A DNA stretch of 64,000 nt, counting the filler, from Basidiobolus ranarum (taxonomy: Eukaryota), in NCBI GenBank assembly GCA_040143965.1. It is 33 parts of 33 records of this genome, joined end to end, with 100 filler letters (N's around TTAATTAATTAA, not from the genome) between each part and the next. Parts side by side here need not be neighbours in the genome. Positions count along the whole stretch, not along the records: positions 38,959 to 40,799 come from JASJQH010004233.1; positions 40,900 to 42,740 come from JASJQH010004234.1; positions 42,841 to 44,680 come from JASJQH010004235.1; positions 44,781 to 46,619 come from JASJQH010004236.1; positions 46,720 to 48,558 come from JASJQH010004237.1; positions 48,659 to 50,495 come from JASJQH010004238.1; positions 50,596 to 52,432 come from JASJQH010004239.1; 26 more parts are not named here. One strand, given 5' to 3'. The notes below the pieces were generated by a model. That model worked only from the letters and a program-made list of their open reading frames with translations, did no database searches and was not told where the DNA came from. Below, in pieces: positions 38,959-50,812 of the stretch. Numbering within the stretch: position 1 is the stretch's first letter; every line of letters begins with the position of its first letter. The position numbers and the translations under genes were made by a program.

Positions 38959-41295
38959 GGTTTAAAGAAGATAGACTGAATCTATGCCGGTATTCAATAC
39001 ATTCCCTGCTGCTTCTTTCACAATGCTTAGAGATTATAGGCCCTTGCTATACATTCTGGGAGTTCCCAAAGGAGCACACCTGTGGTGAAATAATGCACCA
39101 TGTGAAATTGTCAGTATTACCATATGCTAAGGTGATTAACAATGTTTCAGCAAAATTAGTAATGGATGTAGGGCACTGGGTTTAGGAGACTCCAGAGTAT
39201 ATTAACCTTGCAACAAAGGGCTCTTTTCAATGTGCTCATGAGTTTTTGCATTGTTTGAGCTCAATAACAGCACCAATACACCATCCATGGACACAGAGTA
39301 AGTACCTCTATAATTTGGACTAATATGTTGGTGTGATTATCTGATGGTATTTCTATGAAAGCTGCAAGACAGACTTCTTGGTGAGATTGATTGAGATACA
39401 CAGTCTTATTGTTTTAGCCTTGGACTTATCTATTCAAGCAATGACATGTCAACTTGTGGTAGGATATTTGTTGACTGCAAGTTGGGGATATTTTGGCTGA
39501 AGTCTTTATAGAAATTTGCCAAAATCCAACGGCTTATTTTAATTGTGAATGGTAACAAGAGTCAGCTATTTGCCTAAAAATTGATGTTGTTGAGTTATGT
39601 CTGATCAATCAAGTATATGAACATGTATAGACTAAACACAACAAGATTCTGGTATTTTTTGATTTTCATTATGGCTGGAATACAAAGCCAAAAATATCTA
39701 AATAAAGACTTGCATATTAATTCAAATTCTTACCACAGTAAACCAGTAATTTGCCATTTGAAATTTACATTTTTGCAAAAATTGACAGAATTTAAATAAC
39801 ACATGCCAAATATAAGGATCAATATTTTTACACATATGAATACCATTAAGATACCATGAAGAAGCCAACATCACACCATCAAAATCCCTGGGAGAATGCA
39901 AGCCACCAATATTGTGATGGTTCTCCAAAGGCATTGTGGTTTCAGAGAGTGGATCCAATCTGGATCAAATCAATTTTATTTTTTTTAGGGAGATATCTGG
40001 GAAGAACTTAATATAAAATAGCATAAAATTGCAGGGACCCATCAAATAGTTGGAAGAATGTTGATACAATGGTGGGCTTTGATGGAGATACTAATACAAA
40101 CTCATGTTGGACATGAGCTAAACCATACGTATGAAGAACTCTACAAAAGTATACAAGAGAATATATCAAAGAAACCAGAGATTTCAAAGATGACAATTTA
40201 GCATTCATCTGGTAAATGTGTAAAATTTCAGTTAAATTTTTCACACATGTACTGATGCATAGTTGTGGGAGATTGTAGCCAATCATGTGCATCTATTTTG
40301 CATGATCTTGAAATTTCACACCTTAAACTGAAAAATTGAATAAAATCCAATCTAACTTGATAATCTTATCATGCTAAGTTAAAGTTCAAACCATAATGGA
40401 TTAAAATTGTGATAGTTTTCCTACAATAACAATCCTTAAATTTTTGTTAAGGCATACAGGTTACCTTATATGGAAGTCATATTCTTTTGAATAATCCAGG
40501 AAATCTAACCCTAACAAAAATAAAATCAATTAGATCCGGATTGGATCCACCCTCCAAAATAGCAAAACCATCAGAGAACCATCACAATATTGTTGGCTTG
40601 CATTCTGCCAGGGATTTTGATGATGTGACAGCGGTTTCTTGACGGTATCTTAGCGGTATTCATACAAGTTAAAATCTTGATCCTCAAATTTAGCATGCGT
40701 TATTCAATATCCAGCAATTTTTGCAAAAATATAATTTTCAAATGGCAAATTACTGGGTTTACTGCTGTAGGAATTCGAATTAATATGCATGCCTTTATTN
40801 NNNNNNNNNNNNNNNNNNNNNNNNNNNNNNNNNNNNNNNNNNNTTAATTAATTAANNNNNNNNNNNNNNNNNNNNNNNNNNNNNNNNNNNNNNNNNNNNA
40901 ACTTAATACAGAGTGGCACAATATTGCAGGGTATCCACCAGATAGCTGGAAGAATGTTGCTTCAGCAACATTAATACAATGGTGGGCTTTGATGGAGATA
41001 TTGATACAAACTTGTGTTGGGTATGAGCTAAACCTTGGGTATCAGGAACTCTAAAAAAATATTCAGGAAAATATATCAAAGAGACTAGGGATTTCAAAGG
41101 TGACAAATTAGCATTCAAGTAGTAATTGTGTAAAACTGAGTTATGTTTTTTGCACATATGTTGATCCATAGTTCTCTGAGATTGTTGCCAATCATGTGCA
41201 ACCATTGTGCAAGATCTTGAAATTTCACTCCTGAAACTGAAAAAATTGATTAAAATCAAATCTAACTTGATGATTTTATAATGGTAAGTAAATGG
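38959..41295. mobile_element. Cluster of CACTA pieces over two contigs: transposase 3' end to right TIR (38959-39990), reversed left arm (39991-40452), reversed right arm (40509-40799), reversed left arm (40900-41295)
   Basis: Each piece aligns to the other family copies; TIRs at 39990, 40452 and 40509. Confidence 0.86.
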
Positions 41296-42214
41296 TGTAG
41301 TGTGGGATAGGGGTATTAACTTAAATATTCAGTAATAAAGCTTAATCCCACTACAAATCTCTAGCAAAGCTGAATTTTTTATACTGGAAGCTTAAAAATA
41401 TTGATAGGAGATATATTCTTCACTCTATCTTGAAACAATAAAAACACACTTTAGTATGTCAATAGCTTGAAGACTTTATGAGAAAAGATTATTTCTGATA
41501 ATAGAACTATCAAAATCCTCAAAACTATAAGGGTAGAAAAAACTCTGATAGTTTCTCTAACTTGAAGTCTGAAGAAAAAGATATTGTTCTTTTGAGATTG
41601 GCAAAGACTTTGATTAAGAGTTGGATATATTCTATGGCTGTAAAAGTGAAGATCACTATGAAAGATTCTGAACTGCAATCTTCAATAGTCAAACCTAGTG
41701 GAGTTGCAATAGGAATCTTTATTAACTTACTATGATACAGGGTAGAATATCTAGTTAAGGAAAGGATAAAGAATATGGTGCAGTTTTGGATGGTGCTAAG
41801 GCTAGAAGCTTTTTCACTTGGGGTAAGGGTTGCTTATATACAGAAACAGCTTAAAATAAATGCTATGAATTAGTGGCTGAGGATAAATGCTATGAGTGGG
41901 TGGCTTAGCAGCACAGTGCCAATACAGTCACTAATATAGCAGCTGTGGCCTTGGAACTTAGAACACATTAGCATCAAGTACTGTTGCAGCTCTGTGCAAA
42001 ATTTGAAGAGAATCAATTGGCCGGTTCAAAAGTTAGCACTAATTTTGTGAGCATCTTGAGGTCCTGAATTCCTATGTTCTGAATATATGATAGTGTTGAT
42101 TTTTGTGTTGGCAATTTTGAAACAGTTGTAGCTCCACCAATAATGGATCAAATCTAATGATTCATGCATGGTTGCAAAGCTCTAGTTCAGGAGTTTTTGA
42201 TTAAAGCTTGAATT
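41296..42214 (-). mobile_element. Gypsy family-C LTR (3' part)
   Basis: Terminus ACACTACA on minus, the inverted repeat of TGTAGTGT at 36232. Confidence 0.8.
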
Positions 42215-42591
42215 TGTTGAAGTTTATTGTCTTTATCATATTTGTTATCTCTATCTTTATACACATAACTATTTCATATATCACATATAAGTTAGTCAAC
42301 ATTACTTAGTCAAATATCACTTAGCTGAAAATCAGAACATATATTTTATGTATATGTGAATAATGTGAGAATTAGCAATCCATATTGGAATTTTTAAACT
42401 CATCCATATTGCCCCAAAGATAGTTCATTTTACTCCCACAGATGTTCTGAACACAACCTTAGTGTTAGTTTTCTGTATTTTCACCAAAAAGTATAAATGC
42501 TTTATTTCTGGACAATAAATAATTATCTCACAAAGCTATTCACAACTCCACTTTTCTAAAGTTCCTCCAAACAGCCCATATTTTCCCAATA
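42215..42591 (+). mobile_element. Copia family-D LTR
   Basis: Reverse match to 4599-4978. Confidence 0.88.
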
Positions 42592-42740
42592 CATTCATCA
42601 GGAGATGGAAACTTTTCTGCCAAGCTTATAATGTTCCTCAAGACAGAATGGCTGAGGAACTACCACCTTACTGTGAAGATGATATTATGTTAGCACTTGA
42701 AGACAACCCTTCCATACTACAAGACTGGAGCCTTATGAAA
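42592..42740 (+). pseudogene. Possible Gypsy gag fragment
   Basis: FIRRWKLFCQAYNV...PPYCEDDI...QDWSLMK resembles a capsid N-terminus; CpG-free. Confidence 0.4.
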
Positions 42741-42842
42741 NNNNNNNNNNNNNNNNNNNNNNNNNNNNNNNNNNNNNNNNNNNNTTAATTAATTAANNNN
42801 NNNNNNNNNNNNNNNNNNNNNNNNNNNNNNNNNNNNNNNNCA

Positions 42843-43604
42843 GCTACTCCTAAAACTGTCGCTTGTATTCTTTCATCTACCTTGATTGTTCTTCAATCAT
42901 TCGAGGTACACCCAACAATCATTCATTACGCATTGAACCAAATTTTCTACTATATCTCCGCTGAGATGTTCAACCGTGTAATGATTACCAAAGAATATTG
43001 TTGCCGAGCAAAAGCAATGCAAATTCGTATGAATATCTCCTCTATAGAGGACTGGATACACAGCAATCGTTTACCACAAGTTTTAATTCAACATTTCCAT
43101 TCGTTAATTCAGCTTCTTCAGCTTTTACAATGCATCTCTGGTCTCTCTGATCTGACCGAGCTGCTTGTCACCATCAAAGAGTTCTCTGGGCTGAATCTCC
43201 TTCAATTTTATCGGATTACCAACAACTATCGTTACGAGGTTGGGGAAAACCAACTCCCAGAAGAAATTACTCAGTATTTGGAGCAAGTAGCTAAGGATAC
43301 TTGCAGTCTTCATACGCGCACTTCAATGGAGACAGATAGGGAAGGACACCGAACGCCTAAAGTTCGGGAAGAGAATGTCGATATTTTACCCACGCACGAA
43401 CATAATCAGCCTACTACATCTAATACGCAGTCTGGAGATATGGAAGAACTAATGGACCCCACACACCTTCTTCCATTTGCTATCCCCACTAGCTCCGAAA
43501 TGCTTAGTGGTTGGGGTAGAAGCGAGAAGGAGTATGTACCTTATCTGCCAGACGCTTTCCTTATGGAATTAGATGAGGAATTGCGGGAAAGATTTGAAGC
43601 CTAA
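42843..43604 (+). CDS. DIL (dilute) domain protein, C-terminal exon
   Basis: QIFYYISAEMFNRVM..YCCRAKAMQIRMNISSIEDW and LIQLLQLLQ...YRYEVGE are DIL-domain signatures. Confidence 0.87.
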   Translation, partial: ATPKTVACILSSTLIVLQSFEVHPTIIHYALNQIFYYISAEMFNRVMITKEYCCRAKAMQIRMNISSIEDWIHSNRLPQVLIQHFHSLIQLLQLLQCISGLSDLTELLVTIKEFSGLNLLQFYRITNNYRYEVGENQLPEEITQYLEQVAKDTCSLHTRTSMETDREGHRTPKVREENVDILPTHEHNQPTTSNTQSGDMEELMDPTHLLPFAIPTSSEMLSGWGRSEKEYVPYLPDAFLMELDEELRERFEA

Positions 43605-45192
43605 CTCTTAGATACTAATTTAGGATACTTCAAGATCTACTCTTCAGCTGTACCAAAGTGTTCCATAATTCTTGATTCCTTTCCACTTGTGAAATTTACT
43701 ACTTAGTGTTCCGAATAACGTACTATTGATAACCATTTAATTTTCATTCCATTTCAATTCAATTCATCCAGTTCAGTGATATTCTTTTCTTTCTTTCTAA
43801 GATACATCTTACCTGCATATTTTATATTCTGCGAATATATATACATCTATCGACCCCTCTACCTCCCAGATGATTTTGGTTCCCATTGTTGAAGATAGTT
43901 TAACCTTTTTAGTACCTTATAAGCACAATGATTGGTTTGTGTTGAAATCAATAGGTTAATTAAATACTTGCAAAACCACCCTTTTTGTCGGAGATGTGAT
44001 TAAATTGAAACCTGTATGATGTTAGGTGGTACAATGATATTGATTGACACTATCTTTTCCTCATTGTATGTCAGCAACAACCCATTCTTTGTGTCATCTA
44101 GAAATCAATATAACCGTGTGATCCAGATTGTCTACAATATAGGACTAATTACATGCATCATTTGATTATACCAAGGGTTCAAAGAGGATATATATCCCAA
44201 ATTGGCACCATGGAGAATCGGATATACTCAGTATGTATAAACGAACGGCTCATATAATTATATATTTTGTTTGTAATAAGAGATATTCATTTTGAATTTA
44301 TAATAGATAATCCTGTCAATAAGTGAAGAAACGGTATGGGATAAAAATGGTGGAAGCTGTAGAAGCATAAAACATGCAAAAAATCCGAAATTGAAGAGTT
44401 CAATATGCGAAAGAAAGAATGAAAAAACAAGTAAAATACATAAAGAAGTGAATTTACATGGAAAATGATTTCGGGATGTGAGGTGATTCAAGTAAGTATG
44501 TAAAGGACATTGTAGAGAGCAAAGAGCACCATTTGCATCAAGCATCAATGGTACCTCCATATGTCGGGGCTCGCTTTAATCCTGGGAACATCCAACTAGC
44601 TCCAGTATCCACAAGCCCCCTACCAGTAACCTCTACATCAAGTTTCAAGTATTTACGATCTGTAGAACCCTCAACCCAAGNNNNNNNNNNNNNNNNNNNN
44701 NNNNNNNNNNNNNNNNNNNNNNNNTTAATTAATTAANNNNNNNNNNNNNNNNNNNNNNNNNNNNNNNNNNNNNNNNNNNNAGTAAAGTAACCACGAACCC
44801 ACCTAAAATTTCCCACTTTTATGGAATCTTCACCCACTGAATATCTGAAAAATTTTCTTCTCCCCCACCTATGACTGTAAAAAGAAATTTGCCAACATCC
44901 CATCAAGTTCAACAACTAATATAACATGCAAGTATTTTAATGGTTTTATATAAGTTCCAGTGTCATTGATAAAAAATATACATTCAGTGGATGGAACGGT
45001 GGAGGGTTTACACATACACATACTGCCAAGTTCTCAGGTGTTGATTAATCTTTGTACAAATAACTCACAGGCTCAAGATAAATATGCTTTGTTGGTTGGT
45101 CGTTTCGAATTATGTGAAACTTGGTTTCTATACGAAAAGCATTGGATTCGTTCAAGGCTTCTAACACTACCAAAATATTCCAGCGATGACTG

Positions 45193-46168
45193 TTATTCTC
45201 TCGTATGATCCATATACCATTCCTTAGGAATAATCGCTATTTGCCGACCTAGGGTACCAAAGCAGATGCATGAAGAGTAAATGAGGCACTAGCAAAGGTC
45301 AGGTTAGTTAATGAATTGATTTATCTTAGTTAAAATGCTTGATGAGACTAACCGGTGCTGCGGCACGGAATCCATAGAAATCCGGATTGGTAAAACTGAA
45401 AATGAATTTAGTCTATTATTCCAGTCTATCATGTGTTAAATATCACCTACTGATAAACTCCGTAGTGTACTTGCGCATAGATAAACAGAGTGCCAACAAC
45501 TGTGGAGAGGAAGGCAATTCCAAATCCATGCACAGTACGATCAAAGAAGAACCAAAGTCCCACAGCAATTAACGCCAAAATTCCAGCAAGTTCCATAGTA
45601 TTGGATAGCGAAAGTTTCTGTTATTTTCCAAAAAATTAGTACAACGAAACTGACCTATAATAAATATAGTATCAGTACATACCGAGGCAGCCAAGTTCAC
45701 ACCAAGAAAACCCCCAAGTGAGCTAATAAAGTACCAAATGGTGAGTACTCAATGAAAACCACGAATATTCAGAAGGACAATCACGGCTTACCGAATAGCG
45801 TTAGACCAGTCGTCATAAAACATATGCGTGCTCTTGGAGTAGTAGGTATCTAACCAAGAATAAGCGGTTCCCAATAATACAGCCAAGAAACCCGATAGAA
45901 CAGAGGTTCGCGTAGACACCATAAGACGTGTAACGGGGTCTGGGTATTGAGTTATGTTATGTTGTGCATCTAGTTGGTCATTGATAAGGGCAAATGAAAA
46001 ACCAATAAAGAACAGTATGAAGGCGCGAATTGTGTAATGTAACGAGGAGCTAGTAGAGGAACTCCGTAGATAACAGTTGTATGTATCTTCGGTGATAGCC
46101 ACTTTTTCTAGAGGAAAAGCCCGGTCAAACATACCGTGGGGGTTACTGACAGTAGATAACGGGGACAT
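45193..46168 (-). CDS. INSIG-family sterol-regulatory membrane protein, multi-exon
   Basis: DDWSNAIR / SLGGFLGVNLAAS / ALIAVGLWFFFDRT..G / PDF / GTLGRQIA; GT-AG introns. Confidence 0.85.
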
Positions 46169-46719
46169 ATCTCAAGAAATAGGAAAAATAGGTTAAGAGT
46201 GGTTTAGGGTAAAGTCGAACAAAGCAATGGCCAGATAGTTTATAGAAAAGCAGATGCGTGGAAAACGGGTTGGAAGCAGGAAAGAATAAGATTATAAATG
46301 CAAGCTGTAAAAAAACCTCAACAGATATCTATGATACAATACGTTCAAGATGCAGCTACGAATCAATCAGGAGTATACAGGGAGTCAAGTATGGAGAATT
46401 TTGGAAACGTTAGGCGATGTACAGAACTTTTATAAGGTTATGAAAATGAGGCAAGGGAATTTAGGCTTTGATCCAGATCTAGTTGCCACATCACCCAAAT
46501 AAATTAGCGGGATTGATTTAATAATAACGTCACCCAATAAAGCTCAACCTTGATTATCAGAAAGTCCTTTTTATTTTTCATCCAAGGATTGATGTTTCCC
46601 TCTAATTTCAAAGGTTTGTNNNNNNNNNNNNNNNNNNNNNNNNNNNNNNNNNNNNNNNNNNNNTTAATTAATTAANNNNNNNNNNNNNNNNNNNNNNNNN
46701 NNNNNNNNNNNNNNNNNNN

Positions 46720-47040
46720 GAGTGGATTTGATCTCTCCAGAGCTTGAAAACAGCTGTCTGTGATGTTTTTGATATATTCAACCTGCATAGAGCTAAGCCT
46801 GAAACAAGCTGATTTGGGATCGTTTGGGTCAGTTCTTGTTCCCCAATGTGGCCTAATCTTCTATGCCATATTTGACAGCTTATCTGACTAGTTTTGGCCA
46901 AGTATGCTTGCTCAAAATGCAATCTATAGATTTCTTGCATGAATCAGTTTTGAGTTTTGATCCCAGTAGCTAATTTGGTAATATTCTGATCTGAGATAGT
47001 GCATGCAGCCTTGCTGAGAACATAACATAGTCCTTGAGTT
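46720..47040 (-). pseudogene. Copia GAG-pre-integrase fragment
   Basis: WHRRLGHIG; homologous to 56870-57200. Confidence 0.87.
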
Positions 47041-48558
47041 TGATAAAAGTGTTTAGGAGATTTAGAAGTGTTTGGGCAAGATTTGAGTTTGTGAATTAGA
47101 CACTTAAGTTTTGTTGAATTTAGTATGTCTTATATATGGTTTACTATGAAATTGGACTATTAGACAAGCTGAGATCATAACAAATATGCCTGTTAAGCAT
47201 GGGTGAAAATTTGAGCTCATGTGGAGTAGTTTTGAGAAAATAGTGAAAATTGGTAAAAGTAATCTAAATTATATTTCTATCAATTAGAGCAATCAACACA
47301 TGTTTTTCATTGGCTGAGTTGATTGCTAAATAATCAAAATATGAATAAACTAACTACTAAATAATGAGTTGCTATTTACCTAATTCAACATTCCCACTCA
47401 AGTAGTAAATTTGGATTTCTCCTAAACCTAACTTATATCCTAATACTTCATATTTTGCTTTAGCTCAAGGTTTAGTTAGTATATCAGCTCTCATTTCTAT
47501 AGTAGGGCAATAGACAAGATCAATTGTATCACTCTTTATTGCTTTTCTAACAAAATGATGCCTAATGTCTATATGTTTTATTCTAGCATGAAATTTAGGG
47601 TTTTTAGCTAATGAAATACCACTTGAAATTATCTTCAAATACAGTAATAGTACATTTTTGCATGTATCCTAAGTGGGTAAGTAACTTCCTTAACCACATA
47701 GCTTCATGTGTAGTAGCAGGGGCAGCTATATACTCTGCTTCTGTCGTGGAAAATGTTATGTTTGGTCGCTTCATACTAACCCAGGTTATGGCTTATTACC
47801 ATAGAGAAAAGTGTACCCAGTTGTCAATCCTCTTAAATAACTGGATATTAGTTTTAATGCAGTTTTGTGCTCAGATCCTGGAATTTCAAGTTATTGATTG
47901 ACAGTTCCCACTGCTGCAGCAATGTCTGGATATGTTCCAACCATCTTAAACATTAACCTACCCACCAGCATTTTTAGATGTCAAGGATGTATCTAGACTG
48001 ATTCGGCTTGATTTTCTGATTGCATTTATCTCTCTTGATTTGGATTCCAAGAAAATACTTATTTCACCCATACCAGTCATCTGAAATTGGTTTGATAAGC
48101 TGCTTTCATCAGATTAAGTGCATCTAGATCATTTGTGGCTATGATCAAGTATCCACTTGTAGTACCAAGATAAGAGTCCTGTTTCTGGTAGTTATGATGT
48201 AAATACTATCATCTGCTGTGCATTTTTGGAATTCTAGCTATGCCAAAGAGTTATCAATCTTGTTGTACCATGCCCTGGGTGCTTTCTAGAGTCTATATAG
48301 CAATTTTTGCAGTTTACAGACCATCTCAGGATGTTTTGGATTAACCAATCCATCTGGTGGCTCCATATGGATCTCCCCTTCTAGATTACAATTGACAAGG
48401 CTGATTTTGGATTTATTTGATATAAATCAAGATTATGGGCAGGGGAGAATGCCAGGATTGATCTTATAGATCTAAATTTTTCTACTGGAGCAAAAATTTC
48501 ATTAAAATTAACTTCTGGAGTCTGGGAATAACCTTTTGCAACTAATCTTGCTTTGTAC
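47041..48558 (-). mobile_element. Copia family-E RT/RNase H relic with 3' LTR (47041-47390)
   Basis: [13 protein letters not shown] and KHIDIRHHFVR; polypurine tract TTCCCACTC on plus. Confidence 0.9.
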
Positions 48559-48658
48559 NNNNNNNNNNNNNNNNNNNNNNNNNNNNNNNNNNNNNNNNNN
48601 NNTTAATTAATTAANNNNNNNNNNNNNNNNNNNNNNNNNNNNNNNNNNNNNNNNNNNN

Positions 48659-49279
48659 CCTTTGACTAGTTAACATAGTCTATTTGCTGGAAAGTGATTA
48701 AGCTTCCAGATATATTCCTGATCTTCCTTTTTGGCTTGAGAGAACTTCTTCCCAACAAGTTTCCCAACATTTTCCACTTCCACTTTCTCCTTTAACTGTT
48801 CCTTTCCTTTAACACAAACATATTCTTCTTGTCAGAACAGAAAGATAATAAAGACTCTTATTGCAACTTTATGATTGTTTTTGAAACTGTTAAAGCATTG
48901 CAATATTGAATCTCTTAGAACTCTCTTTTTTTCCACACTCAGAATATATTTCTTTTGTCAAAATCCTTCCACATAGTCTTAATGAAGTGATTCTTTTCTT
49001 CTTTAAGTACAAAGCATTGACTTAAAGTCAGCACAAAAATAGCTAAGATTATCCTAAGGATTATTTTCAAAACACTCTTTTCACATCCATCCATCCATCT
49101 CTTTAGTCTAAAGGCACACTTTAAAGTTGTCTTTAACAGTTTCTTTCAGTAAAGGGTATCTCTTCTATTGATAACTTTAAGCTTCCAGTAAATATAAATT
49201 CATCTTAGCTGAAGATTTGTAGTGGAACATTAGTCTTTTCATTTTAAAGATTGATAGCACACCCCCATTCCACACTACA
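48659..49279 (+). mobile_element. LTR related to Gypsy family C (3' end)
   Basis: Ends CCACACTACA; the last ~130 bp resemble reverse 41296-41420. Confidence 0.6.
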
Positions 49280-49670
49280 ATGGTTTTGCTATTTTTGTGT
49301 ATGGATCTGATCCAGATCAAATTGATTTTATTTTGGTTAGGGCTTAGGTAGGAAGAACTCTATAAAAATATTCAGGAGAATATATCAAAGAGACTAGGGA
49401 TTTTCGAGATGACAAATTACTGTTCAAGTGGTAATTGTGTGAAATTTGAGTAATGTTTTGTGCACATGTGTTGATCCATAGTTTTCTGAGATTGTAGCCA
49501 ATCATTCACAACTATTTGCAAGATATTCAAATTTCACTCCTGAAACTGAAAAAATTGATTAAAAGCAATTCTAACATGATGATTTTATGACCGTAAGTAA
49601 ATGGTCAATCCCAAATGGATTAAAATTGTGACGGTTTTCCTACAATTACAATCCCAAATTTCTGTTAGGG
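49280..49670. mobile_element. CACTA right terminus (to 49342) followed by a reversed left arm
   Basis: GTTAGGG termini at 49342 and 49670. Confidence 0.85.
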
Positions 49671-50185
49671 TTAAGTAGCAGGCTGAGAGATCTGTTGAAA
49701 GATGTAGAGGCAGACTTGTGGCTAAACAATACTCTCAAATGCAAGGGGTGGCCTACAATGAAACATTTGCACCTGGTACGGAGTTTAATACTATTAGAAC
49801 CATACTAGCAGTGGCAGCAAAAAAGAGCTTGAATATCCATCAAATGGATGTAAAACTGCTTTTTTGAATGGGGACTTGGAAGAGGACATATTGGACTTGT
49901 TCTCTGTGAAAGTGCCAGATTGTGCTGTATATATCATATTGGATAAAGTATTCTAAAATTTATGTGGCACAATTTGGCACTATCCATCACCCTCTGGCAT
50001 GATCAATTTCTATCACATTTACTCTAATATATTGATCCAAGGTCCGATAAATCTTGGCACAATGGGACAAGTCCATTCATCAATCAACCCACTGGTTTTG
50101 GGGATCCTGATCACCAAGAGGACATATGTACGCTAAGAAAGTCACTCTATGGACTTAAACAATCATCTTGGCCCTAGTACAGTAA
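49671..50185 (+). pseudogene. Copia RT fragment hosting a MITE
   Basis: HQMDVK, FLNGDLEEDI and LYGLKQ. Confidence 0.88.
49893..50074. mobile_element. Complete 182-bp MITE with 3-bp TSD ATT
   Basis: GGACTTGTTC...GGACAAGTCC; ATT at 49890-49892 and 50075-50077; removing it restores RT EEDIF. Confidence 0.92.
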
Positions 50186-50495
50186 CCCTAACAGAAATTT
50201 GAGGATTGTTATTGTAGGAAAACCATCACCATTTTAATCCATTTGGGATTGACCATTTACTTACCGTCATAAAATCATCAAGTTAGATTTGATTTTAATC
50301 AATTTTTTCAGTTTAAGGAGTGAAATTTCAAGATCTTGCAAAATAGTTGTGCATGATTGGCTAGAATCTCAGAGAACTATAGATCAACACATGTGCAAAA
50401 CATAACTCAAATTTTACACAATTACCACTTGAATGCTAATTTTTACCTTCAAAATCCCTAGTCTCTTTGATATATTCTCCTGAATATTTTTATTG
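50186..50495 (+). mobile_element. CACTA left arm
   Basis: TIR CCCTAACAGAAAT. Confidence 0.87.
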
Positions 50496-50812
50496 NNNNN
50501 NNNNNNNNNNNNNNNNNNNNNNNNNNNNNNNNNNNNNNNTTAATTAATTAANNNNNNNNNNNNNNNNNNNNNNNNNNNNNNNNNNNNNNNNNNNNTTGGA
50601 AGGTCTTGGCAGAAATACACTATGTGTGGGCTGACATGATTGGTTAGGTTTCATGGAATGTTCCACAGAACATGACTTCCATATAAAGTTATCTGGATGA
50701 ACTGACACCAGATTGCCAAGAAGGGATGGCACAGCAGATATGATGTCATAATCTAATAATAGAGTCGTTCTATTTGTAGTGGATCAGTATGCTGAGATCA
50801 AAATCATGACAC

